Shown: positions 1-9,697 of the stretch, piece after piece
Layout of the letters: each line of letters opens with the position of its first letter
Position numbering within the stretch: the stretch's first letter is position 1
DNA from: Candidatus Hermodarchaeota archaeon
GTDB lineage: Archaea; Asgardarchaeota; Lokiarchaeia; Sigyniarchaeales; SOKP01
Length of the DNA stretch: 43,847 nt
Assembly: GCA_048885535.1 (NCBI GenBank)
Contig: JBHLLO010000020.1
Coordinates: 1 to 43,847, forward strand
Reading direction: 5' to 3'
The notes under the pieces: generated by a model
What the model saw: only the letters and a program-made list of their open reading frames with translations
Told to the model about the DNA's origin: nothing
Databases searched by the model: none
Made by a program: the position numbers and the translations under genes

Positions 1-359
1 TAGATATCATCAAGTTGAAAATCTGGATTTTCATATAGACACCAAACTGTTTTTGCTGTATCCATAACAGAACCACCCCCAAGTGCAATAATTAAGTCTG
101 GCTCATACTCCAAGCATAGTTTTCTGGCTTTTAGGACCCCCTCTTCTCTAGGATCAGGAAGTACTTCATCAAAAACCGAGTAAGTTTTACCAAGTTTATC
201 TAATTTATCTGTTAATATCTTCAGATCACCTAAGCCTGCAAGAACTTTATCACTTATAATGAAACATTTATTCCCAGAAATATTTTCCAAAAAATCCAAT
301 GAATCTGGTCCATAAATAATATTTGGAGAGAAAAAGAACCATGGTATATCATCAACCAT
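1..359 (-). CDS. Iron-containing alcohol dehydrogenase (5' part; runs off the window start)
   Basis: Not in the ORF track. Manual translation from ATG at 359 gives MVDDIPWFFFSPNIIYGPDSL...FDEVLPDP...PDLIIALGGGSVMDTAK, the Fe-ADH GGGSxxD NAD-binding motif. SD-like AGGTGG lies just upstream. Confidence 0.9.
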   Translation of the reverse strand, partial: MVDDIPWFFFSPNIIYGPDSLDFLENISGNKCFIISDKVLAGLGDLKILTDKLDKLGKTYSVFDEVLPDPREEGVLKARKLCLEYEPDLIIALGGGSVMDTAKTVWCLYENPDFQLDDI

Positions 360-496
360 ATATTTCCACCTTTTTTACATTTTTATATAATTTTCTCTAA
401 TTTGGATATTAATTATACTATTATCTTTATTAAATTAAATAAATTATTAAATGCAAACTTAGGAATGAAAATACTTGCTAAATAGGGTGTTTTTAT

Positions 497-928
497 ATGA
501 AAGAATCAGAAAAAGAAAATCTATTTATAACTTTTAAAGGAGTAATCGAAAGTATTATTGAAGATAAAAGAAAAAGGCCTAAAAATTTAAAAAATCTCAA
601 TAAATTTGAAGCTAAGATTAATTTGGGTCTTCAAATCCAAGAAGATTTTATGTTCTGGGTGAATCTTATTGCTGGGGATGGTAATTATAAACTAGGTCGC
701 GATAAGTTAGAGGAATATGATTTAGAAATCATTTCAGATCCAGAAGATTTAATGTATTTCTCTAGTGGTGAATATTCTACTCTTCATATGATGTTTAAAA
801 AAAATAAATTTGGATTTAGAAAACTAAGATTTAAAAAAGGAAATACAGGTAAAGGTTATATTGGAATCTTATTAAAATTGCCAAAAATTCTTGTCTTGGA
901 CAAAATTAAACCTCCAAATAAAAAATAA
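497..928 (+). CDS. Hypothetical protein, possibly SCP2-like (sterol-carrier) fold
   Basis: 143-aa ORF with SD-like GGGTG upstream. The pattern ...YDLEIISDPEDLMYFSSGEYSTLHMM...KLRFKKG...LLKL loosely resembles the SCP2 C-terminal half. Confidence 0.45.
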   Translation: MKESEKENLFITFKGVIESIIEDKRKRPKNLKNLNKFEAKINLGLQIQEDFMFWVNLIAGDGNYKLGRDKLEEYDLEIISDPEDLMYFSSGEYSTLHMMFKKNKFGFRKLRFKKGNTGKGYIGILLKLPKILVLDKIKPPNKK

Positions 929-937
929 TGTCTTTGA

Positions 938-1564
938 CTACGATTTATTCAAAATCTTATTTTTTTCAAACAAGAAATAGTATTTATTTTCATTAACTAT
1001 TTCCGATATCTTATCTAATTGAAATAATGAAACTTCAATATCCTTTGTTTCTTTATCAATAGATAATACAATGAAAGAGGGAATCCTACTAGCAACAAAA
1101 GACCAGGCTCCAGTAACACTTCCAGGATTTAATAATAGAATCCCCTTTTTTGAAACATACACTTCTTCTTTATGGGTATGCCCAGAAATTAAAATATTAC
1201 AATTTTTCTCCGCCGCTAAAAGCTCGAGTTGAGTTTTATCTCCTCTAGGTTCGATTTGAGCTCCATGAGTTAAACCAATTATCAATTTCTCTCCATTGAA
1301 ATTAATTACCTTTTCTTGATAGAGTGGAGCGTCCCTATTTCCGTAGTAGAAGTCCATATTTCCAATCACTCTATATACATCTCTTTTAGTGATTAATCTT
1401 AACAGTTCCATAAATTCAGGATATTCTACCTCATCTCCAGTGAAAAATGTACATTCAAATAACTCTAATTCAATCAATTCTTTTAGTTTAGTTTGAATGA
1501 GGTCAGATACCTTTGATGCCCTTTTTGGTACGTGAGTATCTCCAATTACGAGTAATTTTGTCAT
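938..1564 (-). CDS. Vps29-like / YfcE-family calcineurin-like metallophosphoesterase
   Basis: Motifs GDTH, TGD, GNMD, THG, SGHTH, NPGS. The segments HGAQIEPRGD, NPGSVTGAW and IPSF closely parallel eukaryotic Vps29 (HGHQVIPWGD, NPGSATGAY, IPSF). Confidence 0.85.
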   Translation of the reverse strand: MTKLLVIGDTHVPKRASKVSDLIQTKLKELIELELFECTFFTGDEVEYPEFMELLRLITKRDVYRVIGNMDFYYGNRDAPLYQEKVINFNGEKLIIGLTHGAQIEPRGDKTQLELLAAEKNCNILISGHTHKEEVYVSKKGILLLNPGSVTGAWSFVASRIPSFIVLSIDKETKDIEVSLFQLDKISEIVNENKYYFLFEKNKILNKS

Positions 1565-1585
1565 GTCAACTTCTTTCTAGGCATA

Positions 1586-2692
1586 TTATTTTCGCTTTTT
1601 GTCTTTTTCATCAGCTTCTTGGACAAATTCATATAATTTTTTTGCTGCTTTATTGCTTTTAAAATGTTCCCTTATGGGCCCCAATAATTGATTTAAATAT
1701 TTAGTTAAAGCTGGTTTTAAGTCAGCAGGGTTCAAATTTTCTTTTCTGTAGTCGTTTTCTAATTCTTTGTAGGATCTATATATTACATCTCCTCCATACT
1801 TCTCAGAGCGTTCAACTTTAAAAGAATCAATTAATTCAAAAAGAATATATTTACAATATTCTAATATGGGATTTTCATTGATTTCTTTTGGAGGACAATA
1901 TGCTTTAATTATTTTTCTTTTTATATCTTCAGGAGAATCTAACATAAATATAGCAGTATCAGGGTCTGATTTTGACATTTTTAATTTTATGACTCTTTCA
2001 ACTCCAGTTAAGTCGGTATCTGGTGGTTTATTTAAACCCATTAACATATGATGATGAATTGCTATTGGTTTAGGTTTATTCAGTTTAGGAGCAATTTCTC
2101 TAGCAAGCATATTGACCTTTCTCTGGTCTAATCCTAATTGACATATATCTGCTGGTAGATAGAATATATCAGCTGTCTGCATCAGGGGATAAAGGATTTG
2201 GGATGCTGTTAGTTTTTCTGATTCTTCTCTTCCCATAATTTGTGTACATCTTTTCACTCTTTTAAGAGTTGAATTTATTGAAATCTTTAGTAGCAATTCC
2301 CAATAAGCAGGTTCTTTTACAATATCAGAAGCATAAATAAATTCTACTTTACTCAAATCCATTCTACATGCTTTCCAAACCTCTATAAAAAAGTCACCAA
2401 CTTTTCTGATAACCTCCAAATCTCCACCAAATTTATGATTTGCCGCAGCATGCCAATCAGCAACAAGAAACTTAAATCTTACCCCTGCTTTAGTTATCTT
2501 ATTTACGTTTATTGCCCTTAGTAAACCCTGGGCGATATGAATGTTTCCACTAGGCTCAAAACCGTCATAGGCATAAATTTTTTGTTTATGATCAATTTTC
2601 CATTGAACCATTTCTCTTAATTCATCTAAATCTATTATCTCTTCACCAACTTCTTGTAGTAATGCAATTCTTTCATCTAAAGTTAACGTCAT
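1586..2692 (-). CDS. tyrS: Tyrosine--tRNA ligase (archaeal/eukaryotic type)
   Basis: YDGFEPSGNIHIAQG (HIGH equivalent), YPLMQTAD, QLGLDQRK, KMSKS, IIKAYCP. Confidence 0.96.
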   Translation of the reverse strand: MTLTLDERIALLQEVGEEIIDLDELREMVQWKIDHKQKIYAYDGFEPSGNIHIAQGLLRAINVNKITKAGVRFKFLVADWHAAANHKFGGDLEVIRKVGDFFIEVWKACRMDLSKVEFIYASDIVKEPAYWELLLKISINSTLKRVKRCTQIMGREESEKLTASQILYPLMQTADIFYLPADICQLGLDQRKVNMLAREIAPKLNKPKPIAIHHHMLMGLNKPPDTDLTGVERVIKLKMSKSDPDTAIFMLDSPEDIKRKIIKAYCPPKEINENPILEYCKYILFELIDSFKVERSEKYGGDVIYRSYKELENDYRKENLNPADLKPALTKYLNQLLGPIREHFKSNKAAKKLYEFVQEADEKDKKRK

Positions 2693-2883
2693 CTTTCCAG
2701 TTAATACGTGATTTTTAAAATAATAAATAAATTTTATGATATATTTTTTATGGATTTAAAGTCACAATTTAAAAACATCACCTTTAAATGAATTTAAAGC
2801 CAATTTAGAGAAGATTAAAAAAGGAATATGTAATATTTTATTTCGTATTTGAAAAGTCTAATACATAAAATTAGGTGTAAAAA

Positions 2884-5346
2884 TTGCTTGATGAATCAAT
2901 TTTAAATCTTCAAATTTCACTTTTATTGATTATTGGCACGTTTATTTTTATATTTGTATGTCTTAAGAGAAAAGACTTGATTATATATTTACCTGCTTAT
3001 ACTTTTGCTCCTATAGGATATATTTTCATCTATTTAGAATTCTTGAATAATATCTATAGATTACTAGGAAATGCAATTTTTCTTATTGCTATTCTCGCCC
3101 TTCTAATCGCTATTTTTTATGAATATTATAAAATTATTTATAAAAATAGGAGTCTTAACAGAAATAGCCTTTTACCAAGTATGGTTCCCCTTTTGATTAT
3201 TAGCATTCAGGCTACTTTTTCTTTATTACTTCTAATATCCATTATAATGATCATTAAACTTTATTCAATTGAAAAATCTCCGAAATATGTTTCTTTAATT
3301 ATATTTTTATCTTCTGCATTCCTATCGAGCTTTACTACTATCTTATCAAATTTCAATTTTCCTGGATTATGGGAATTGAGCTTTATGGGAATGTTCATTT
3401 TTTGCACATGTTATTTTGTATTTCCTATCCTTATTTATTTGGAAGAGAGATTAATTAGAGTTGGTAAGAAACTAACAACCTCTGAAGAAAGATATAGACT
3501 TATTTCAGAGAACGCAAACGATCTAATAGCAATGTTGAATGCAAAGTATGAGTACGAGTACATAAACGAACATGCTTACCATGCCATTTTAGGGTATACC
3601 AAAAAAGATTTAATTGGAAAAAATGCCCTTGAAATTATTCACCCTGAAGATACAAAACGCTTAATGAATTCAAGCGATTTATTAGCTTTGAATTTGGAGG
3701 AATTAAACGACATAGATAAAGAAGAATTAAGAGCTAGACATAAAGATGGCCATTATGTATGGCTGGAGTATACCAGTAAATTTCTTGTTGATGATCAAGG
3801 AACAATAAAAGTTATTGTAATTTCTAGAGACATAACAGAACATAAAAAAGCGGACCTAGAATTAAAAGAATCGGAAGAAAAGTTTAGAACACTATTTGAA
3901 AAAGCAAATGATGGTATTCTTCTTACTAATTACGAAACGCAACAAATTTTTACGGGAAATAAAAAAATCTGTGAGATGTTAGGATATTCTATAGAAGAAT
4001 TACAAAATATGTATTTTGAAGACCTACATCCAAAAAATAGTTTAAATCATATTGAAAATCAATTTGAATATAACTTGAGAGAGGAAAGTTCTATAGCACG
4101 AGATATCCCTATGAAGAAAAAGGATGGAAGTATATTTTATTGTAATGTTAACAATTTTAAAATTGAATTGGGAGAAAAAAGGTATTTTATAGGTTTGTTT
4201 AGAGATATAACGGAACGTAGAAAAGCGGAGATAGAATTAAAAGAATCTGAAGAAAAATTCAGAGTAATTACAGAGCAATCTTTCATAGGTGCAATAATAG
4301 AGCAAGATTTTGATTTAAAATATATAAACACACAATTTGCGAAAATTTTAGGCTTGAACTCTGAGGATTTATTAAATTGGAAGATTCCAGACTTTTTTGA
4401 TATTATTCATCCAGATGATATAAATAGTTTTAAAGAACTCATCGATAAAAAGACAAATAATTTAATTCAGGACATAAAGAATTTTCAGTTTCGAATAATT
4501 AAAAAAAATGGAGAAATAGTATGGCTTGAACTTTTTTCAAAAGCGATTATGTACCAAGATAAACCTGGTAACTTAGCACTTGTTATGGATATTACAGAGT
4601 TAAAGAAGATAGAGGAAATTGTAAGAGAGGAGAACAAAAAATTAGTCGAACTTGATGAATTAAGGAAGGAATTAATCACTCGAATATCACATGAATTAAG
4701 GACTCCCTTAACGACAATATATGGGACTTCTCAGATACTTTTAGATTCGAATAAAAAGGAGATCATTGAAAAAATATGGCCATACTTAGAAATGAATTAT
4801 AGAGGATCGGTACGCCTTAAAGAACTTGTTGATAATTTACTTGATGCTTCAAGACTGGACAATAGAAAGCTTGAAATAAAAGTTACTAAAGTAAATTTAA
4901 CCTCTATGATTCAAGATTGCATAAAAGAATTATTGTATCAAGCAAACAATAGACAATTAACAATAATAGATGATTTTCCTCCCGAGTATTATTTTACTCT
5001 TGATAAGCACAGATTTTCACAAGTTATAATCAATATTCTCTCAAATGCGATAAAAAATACAACCCCTTTTGGGAAAATCTTTTTAAGGTTAAATGAGACA
5101 ATCAATTATGTTGATATAATTATCCAAGATACAGGAGTCGGTATTACTAAAGAAGAAAAAAAAAATTTATTTCAAAAATTTGGAAAAATTGAAAGATATG
5201 GAATGAATTTGGACGTTGATATTGAAGGTGCCGGTTTGGGGTTATACATTTCAAAGGAAATTGTAGAATTACATGGTGGGCAAATACTCGTTGAGTCTGA
5301 TGGAAGAAATAAGGGATCTACGTTTATAATACGATTGTATAAATAG
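2884..5346 (+). CDS. Membrane-bound sensor histidine kinase with three PAS domains
   Basis: About 190-aa multi-TM N-terminus. Three PAS/PAC repeats (SEERYR/SEEKFR starts, IHPED, RDITE ends), HisKA SHELRTPLT, HATPase NILSNAIK, DTGVG, GAGLGL. TTG start with AGGTG upstream. Confidence 0.95.
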   Translation: MLDESILNLQISLLLIIGTFIFIFVCLKRKDLIIYLPAYTFAPIGYIFIYLEFLNNIYRLLGNAIFLIAILALLIAIFYEYYKIIYKNRSLNRNSLLPSMVPLLIISIQATFSLLLLISIIMIIKLYSIEKSPKYVSLIIFLSSAFLSSFTTILSNFNFPGLWELSFMGMFIFCTCYFVFPILIYLEERLIRVGKKLTTSEERYRLISENANDLIAMLNAKYEYEYINEHAYHAILGYTKKDLIGKNALEIIHPEDTKRLMNSSDLLALNLEELNDIDKEELRARHKDGHYVWLEYTSKFLVDDQGTIKVIVISRDITEHKKADLELKESEEKFRTLFEKANDGILLTNYETQQIFTGNKKICEMLGYSIEELQNMYFEDLHPKNSLNHIENQFEYNLREESSIARDIPMKKKDGSIFYCNVNNFKIELGEKRYFIGLFRDITERRKAEIELKESEEKFRVITEQSFIGAIIEQDFDLKYINTQFAKILGLNSEDLLNWKIPDFFDIIHPDDINSFKELIDKKTNNLIQDIKNFQFRIIKKNGEIVWLELFSKAIMYQDKPGNLALVMDITELKKIEEIVREENKKLVELDELRKELITRISHELRTPLTTIYGTSQILLDSNKKEIIEKIWPYLEMNYRGSVRLKELVDNLLDASRLDNRKLEIKVTKVNLTSMIQDCIKELLYQANNRQLTIIDDFPPEYYFTLDKHRFSQVIINILSNAIKNTTPFGKIFLRLNETINYVDIIIQDTGVGITKEEKKNLFQKFGKIERYGMNLDVDIEGAGLGLYISKEIVELHGGQILVESDGRNKGSTFIIRLYK

Positions 5347-5356
5347 GAGTGATTAA

Positions 5357-5746
5357 ATGGGAAAAGAATATGAAGAAATAGATTTTTTAATTATAGAAGA
5401 TGATCTTGACACAAATACCTTTTTAAATGAATTTTTTAAAACTCAAGGTTATAATTGTAAATCTGCTCGAAATATTAAAGATGCCTTGGAATTATTAAAA
5501 AATAATATTCCCTCTATAATTCTTTTAGATATTTTATTGCCAGATAAAAAAGGATATGAAATAATCACCTTCATTAAGTCGAATCCATTACTTAACAATG
5601 TTTTAATCTACTTTTTGACCGCTGTTCCCATACATGATGCTATAAGAAAAGTAGAAGAATATAATATTGAGGGGGCAATTGGAAAACCATTTAATTTGGA
5701 AGAACTTAAACTACTATTTAAGGATTTAAGAAAAAAGAGGAGATAA
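5357..5746 (+). CDS. Stand-alone response regulator receiver (CheY-like)
   Basis: IIEDD, ILLDILLP (phospho-Asp), LTA, KPF. Lies 10 bp after the kinase with SD GGAGTGA. Confidence 0.93.
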   Translation: MGKEYEEIDFLIIEDDLDTNTFLNEFFKTQGYNCKSARNIKDALELLKNNIPSIILLDILLPDKKGYEIITFIKSNPLLNNVLIYFLTAVPIHDAIRKVEEYNIEGAIGKPFNLEELKLLFKDLRKKRR

Positions 5747-5913
5747 TCTAATTTTTTCATGTTCATGATTTTCTCTTTAAATATGTAAGAGTTCGTCTAC
5801 TAGACCAAGTCCATAAAAATAACATCAAATATGAATGTGAATGTAGTAAAAAAATTTGATTTTGATCGAATTTGGCAATTTTCTAAATAGAATTGGAAAA
5901 AACTTATAATAAG

Positions 5914-8616
5914 TTAAGACTTTTTACTTTTCCTTTGTTCGATTGCAGCTTGAGCTGCTGCTAATCTTGCTATAGGAATTCTAAATGGGGAACAAGAAAC
6001 ATAATCAATCCCAATTGAATTTGCAAATTTAATTGACTTCGGTTCTCCTCCATGCTCTCCACAAATACCACACTTTAAATCTTTTCGAGTTTTTCTTCCA
6101 AGTTCTATAGCCATCTTCATAAGTTTTCCAACACCATCTTGATCTAAGATTTCAAATGGATTTGATTCTAATATTTCCTTACTTAGGTAAATAGGTAAAA
6201 ATTTTCCTTCAGCATCATCCCTACTAAATCCATAGGTCATCTGTGTTAGATCATTAGTTCCAAATGAAAAGAACTCTGCTTCCATGGCAATTTCATCTGC
6301 AGTTAAGGCAGCTCGTGGGATTTCTATCATTGTTCCAAACTTATAATCTAATTTCACACCATATTCTTTTATAGTCTCCTCAGCAATCTCTAATAATTGT
6401 GCTTTAACAACTTGTAATTCAGACAGCATTCCTACCAAAGGAATCATAACCTCAGGGATAACTTCAACTCCCTTCTGTTTAAGTTCACATGCTGCTTCAA
6501 AAATTGCTCTCACTTGCATCTCGTTAATCTCTGGCCATGTTAGGCCCAATCTAACTCCCCTTAATCCCATCATTGGATTTTCTTCGGAGAGAGACCTAAT
6601 TAAGGAAATTACCTTACTCTTTTTCTTAATCTCCTTATCTAAGGGATTATTATTAAGAAGTGATTTTGATAATTCATTTGTCATTTTTAGTTCTTGGTAC
6701 TCGAGCATGACTGTAGTTAAATCAGGTAGAAATTCGTGTAATGGAGGATCCAATAATCTTATAGTCACTGGTTTTCCTTCCATAATTTTGAAAATTTCAT
6801 AGAAATCTCCTTTTTGCATAGGTAAAATTTTATTTAAAGCTTCTTGACGCTCTTCTTGTGTTCGAGCTATAATCATTTTTTGAACAACTGGAAGTCTATC
6901 TTGAGCCATGAACATATGTTCTGTTCTAGTTAACCCAATTCCTTCTGCTCCAAATTCTATAGCTTTCTTAGCATCTGTGGGGGTATCTGCATTTGCCCTT
7001 ACTCCAATAGTCCTAATTTCATCAGCCATTTCTAATAGTTCTAAGAATTCACCCTTTATCTCAGGTTCTATCAATGGAACTTTTCCCCCGATTACGCGTC
7101 CAGTCGTACCATCTATTGTGATATAGTCTCCTTCTTGAACAATAGTCTCTCCGACTCTAAATTCTCTTTTTTCTTCATCAATTTCAATATCTTGAGCCCC
7201 CACAACTGCTGGTTTACCCATCCCTCTTGCTACTACTGCTGCGTGAGATGTTTTTCCCCCAAATTGGGTAAGTACACCACTTGAGGCAAACAAACCGTGT
7301 ACATCATCAGGTTTCGTTTGAGGTCTAACTAATATAATTTCTTCTTCTCCAGCATTTGCCATTGCTTCTGCTTTATCTGGATCAAAAATTGCCTTACCTG
7401 AAACAGCTCCAGGAGATGCATTAATGCCAGTAGCATAAACGTGAACTACAGCATGTTCATCAATACTTTTAAATAATAATTTTGAAATCTTATTAGGATC
7501 AAGACTCATAATTGCTTCTTCTTTAGAGACTAAACCCTCTTTAACCATGTCAACAGCTATCTTGACTGCTGCTGAAGGCGTACGTTTACCATTCCTCGTT
7601 TGGAGTATGTATAAAGTGCCGTCCTCAATTGTAAATTCTATATCTTGCATATCTCGATAATGCTTTTCAAGTTTATTCATAGTATCTAGTAGTTCTTTAT
7701 AGATTTTGGGGAATTCTTTCTGCATTTCTTCAAGCATTTTTGGAGTTCGTATGCCAGCTACTACATCCTCACCTTGTGCATTTGACAAATATTCACCAAA
7801 TTTTTTGTTCTCACCAGTAGAGGGATCTCGTGTAAAAGCTACACCAGTAGCGGAATTCCATCCTTTATTTCCAAAAACCATCGTCTGAATATTTACTGCG
7901 GTCCCAAAATCAGGAATATCATTTAGTTTTCTATAAATTATTGCTCGTTTGTTATTCCATGATTTAAAAACAGCTTCAATTGCTAGAAATAGTTGTTTAT
8001 ATGGATCTTGTGGAAATGGAGAACCTATTTCTTTTTCGTATAATGCCTTATAATCAGCAATTATTTTTTGTAAATCAGACACGGTTAAATCTGTATCTTG
8101 GGCATTTCTAGATATGTTTCTTTTATATTTGTCAAGAATAACTTCAAACTTTTCGTCTCCAAGCCCCATTACAACATCTCCGAACATTTGTATAAATCTA
8201 CGGTATGAATCGTAAGCGAATCTAGGATTATCTGTCTGTTCTGCCATTCCTTTAACAGATTTATCATTCAAACCGAGGTTCAAGACTGTGTCCATCATGC
8301 CAGGCATAGATTGTGGCGCACCACTCCTCACACTAACAAGGAGAGGATTTCTTGTATCACCAAACTTTTTTCCTGTTTTGTTCTCCAATTCTTTAAGATG
8401 ATCAATCACAAGTGGCTCAATTTCTGACATTATTTTGTCAGGGTTTTGAAAGTAAATTAAGCAAGCCTCCGTCGTAATTGTGAATCCTGGTGGAATATTT
8501 AATCCCAAATTAGTCATTTCCCCTAAGTTTGCTCCTTTTCCACCAAGGAGGTTTTTTAACTCTTTTTTTCCTTCATTAAACTTATAAACATATTTATTAG
8601 TTTCAGTGGCTGTCAT
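5914..8616 (-). CDS. ppdK: Pyruvate, phosphate dikinase
   Basis: LLGGKGANL, VSVRSGA..SMPGMMDTVLNLG, QGEDVVAG, GGKTSHAAVVARG (phospho-His), GTNDLTQ, CGEHGG. Confidence 0.98.
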   Translation of the reverse strand: MTATETNKYVYKFNEGKKELKNLLGGKGANLGEMTNLGLNIPPGFTITTEACLIYFQNPDKIMSEIEPLVIDHLKELENKTGKKFGDTRNPLLVSVRSGAPQSMPGMMDTVLNLGLNDKSVKGMAEQTDNPRFAYDSYRRFIQMFGDVVMGLGDEKFEVILDKYKRNISRNAQDTDLTVSDLQKIIADYKALYEKEIGSPFPQDPYKQLFLAIEAVFKSWNNKRAIIYRKLNDIPDFGTAVNIQTMVFGNKGWNSATGVAFTRDPSTGENKKFGEYLSNAQGEDVVAGIRTPKMLEEMQKEFPKIYKELLDTMNKLEKHYRDMQDIEFTIEDGTLYILQTRNGKRTPSAAVKIAVDMVKEGLVSKEEAIMSLDPNKISKLLFKSIDEHAVVHVYATGINASPGAVSGKAIFDPDKAEAMANAGEEEIILVRPQTKPDDVHGLFASSGVLTQFGGKTSHAAVVARGMGKPAVVGAQDIEIDEEKREFRVGETIVQEGDYITIDGTTGRVIGGKVPLIEPEIKGEFLELLEMADEIRTIGVRANADTPTDAKKAIEFGAEGIGLTRTEHMFMAQDRLPVVQKMIIARTQEERQEALNKILPMQKGDFYEIFKIMEGKPVTIRLLDPPLHEFLPDLTTVMLEYQELKMTNELSKSLLNNNPLDKEIKKKSKVISLIRSLSEENPMMGLRGVRLGLTWPEINEMQVRAIFEAACELKQKGVEVIPEVMIPLVGMLSELQVVKAQLLEIAEETIKEYGVKLDYKFGTMIEIPRAALTADEIAMEAEFFSFGTNDLTQMTYGFSRDDAEGKFLPIYLSKEILESNPFEILDQDGVGKLMKMAIELGRKTRKDLKCGICGEHGGEPKSIKFANSIGIDYVSCSPFRIPIARLAAAQAAIEQRKSKKS

Positions 8617-8776
8617 TTTTCTTTTCCAAATATATATTATTGCTCAATTTATACGTTTGAAAAAATAAAAACTAAATCCTAATTGTTCAAGTGATTTAGA
8701 TTTTAAAACTCTTAAGTTTATAAATATATTTTCTGAAATAAAATTTTTGCTTTATAGAATTTTATTTTAGAATACA

Positions 8777-9589
8777 CTAGTCCTCGTATTTTAATATCTT
8801 AAAGAGTTCCCAGATTCCATTAATCACAAAATCTGGTTTAAACTCTTTATTTTCCTCAATCATTTCAATTGAAATTTCCCCAGATAATACACAACAAGTG
8901 GCAACTCCAGCTTCTATTCCCATTTTAATATCAGTATATAATCTATCTCCAAACATTACAGCATCTTCAGGGGGAATTTCTAATTCTTGCAATTTAAATA
9001 AAAGCATTTCCTTATTTGGCTTTCCAAAAACTCTTGGCATTCTACCAGTAGCTTTGTGCAATAAAGCAGCAATACCTCCCGCATCCGGAATATACCCTTC
9101 CACTGTTGGACATTTATCGTCTAAATGAGTTGCTATATATGGAATATTATTTTGTAGAAGATACGAGGCGCGAACTAAACGTTCATAAGTTAATTCTTGA
9201 TCAAAAGCAAGAACTAATATTTCAGGATCTTCCTCGGTTAGGATAAAACCTTCACTCAAAAATTCGTACTTGAGAGATTCAGTGCCTAATAAAAAGATCT
9301 TCTCAAAATTATTCTTTTTAAGGTAATCTAAGGTTGGATGCTGGGATAAAATGATGTTTTCTTTAGTTATATTCAAATTCATATTATTAAGCTTCGTTAA
9401 ATAATCAGAGGTTGACTTACTGGAATTATTCGAAAGAAAAAAAAAGAATTTTTCTTTTTTCTCTAATAACCTAATTATGTCAATTACACCATCAAAAAGG
9501 TTATCCCCAATGTAAATAGTACCATCTAGATCAAAGAAGAACACTTTTTTTTTTGCTAGTTCAGAAAAATCTTGTTCCCGGTCAAACAT
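8777..9589 (-). CDS. HAD-IIA family hydrolase (NagD-like phosphatase)
   Basis: FDLDGTIY, LSNNS, FGKP, GDRLYTDI. Confidence 0.92.
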   Translation of the reverse strand: MFDREQDFSELAKKKVFFFDLDGTIYIGDNLFDGVIDIIRLLEKKEKFFFFLSNNSSKSTSDYLTKLNNMNLNITKENIILSQHPTLDYLKKNNFEKIFLLGTESLKYEFLSEGFILTEEDPEILVLAFDQELTYERLVRASYLLQNNIPYIATHLDDKCPTVEGYIPDAGGIAALLHKATGRMPRVFGKPNKEMLLFKLQELEIPPEDAVMFGDRLYTDIKMGIEAGVATCCVLSGEISIEMIEENKEFKPDFVINGIWELFKILKYED

Positions 9590-9697
9590 GAGTGCTATTA
9601 ATGAAGCAATTATAAATTATTCAATTAAATTGTTCTAATAAACCTATTTAAAATTAAATTACCAAATAATTTTTTGATCAAATGATTTAAAGAGACA

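Noticed and set aside
3478-4600. Recurrent DNA words (gaattaaaagaatc-gaagaaaa, agagacataac/agagatataac)
   Set aside because: These are coding repeats of PAS-linker motifs in the kinase, not CRISPR or mobile repeats.
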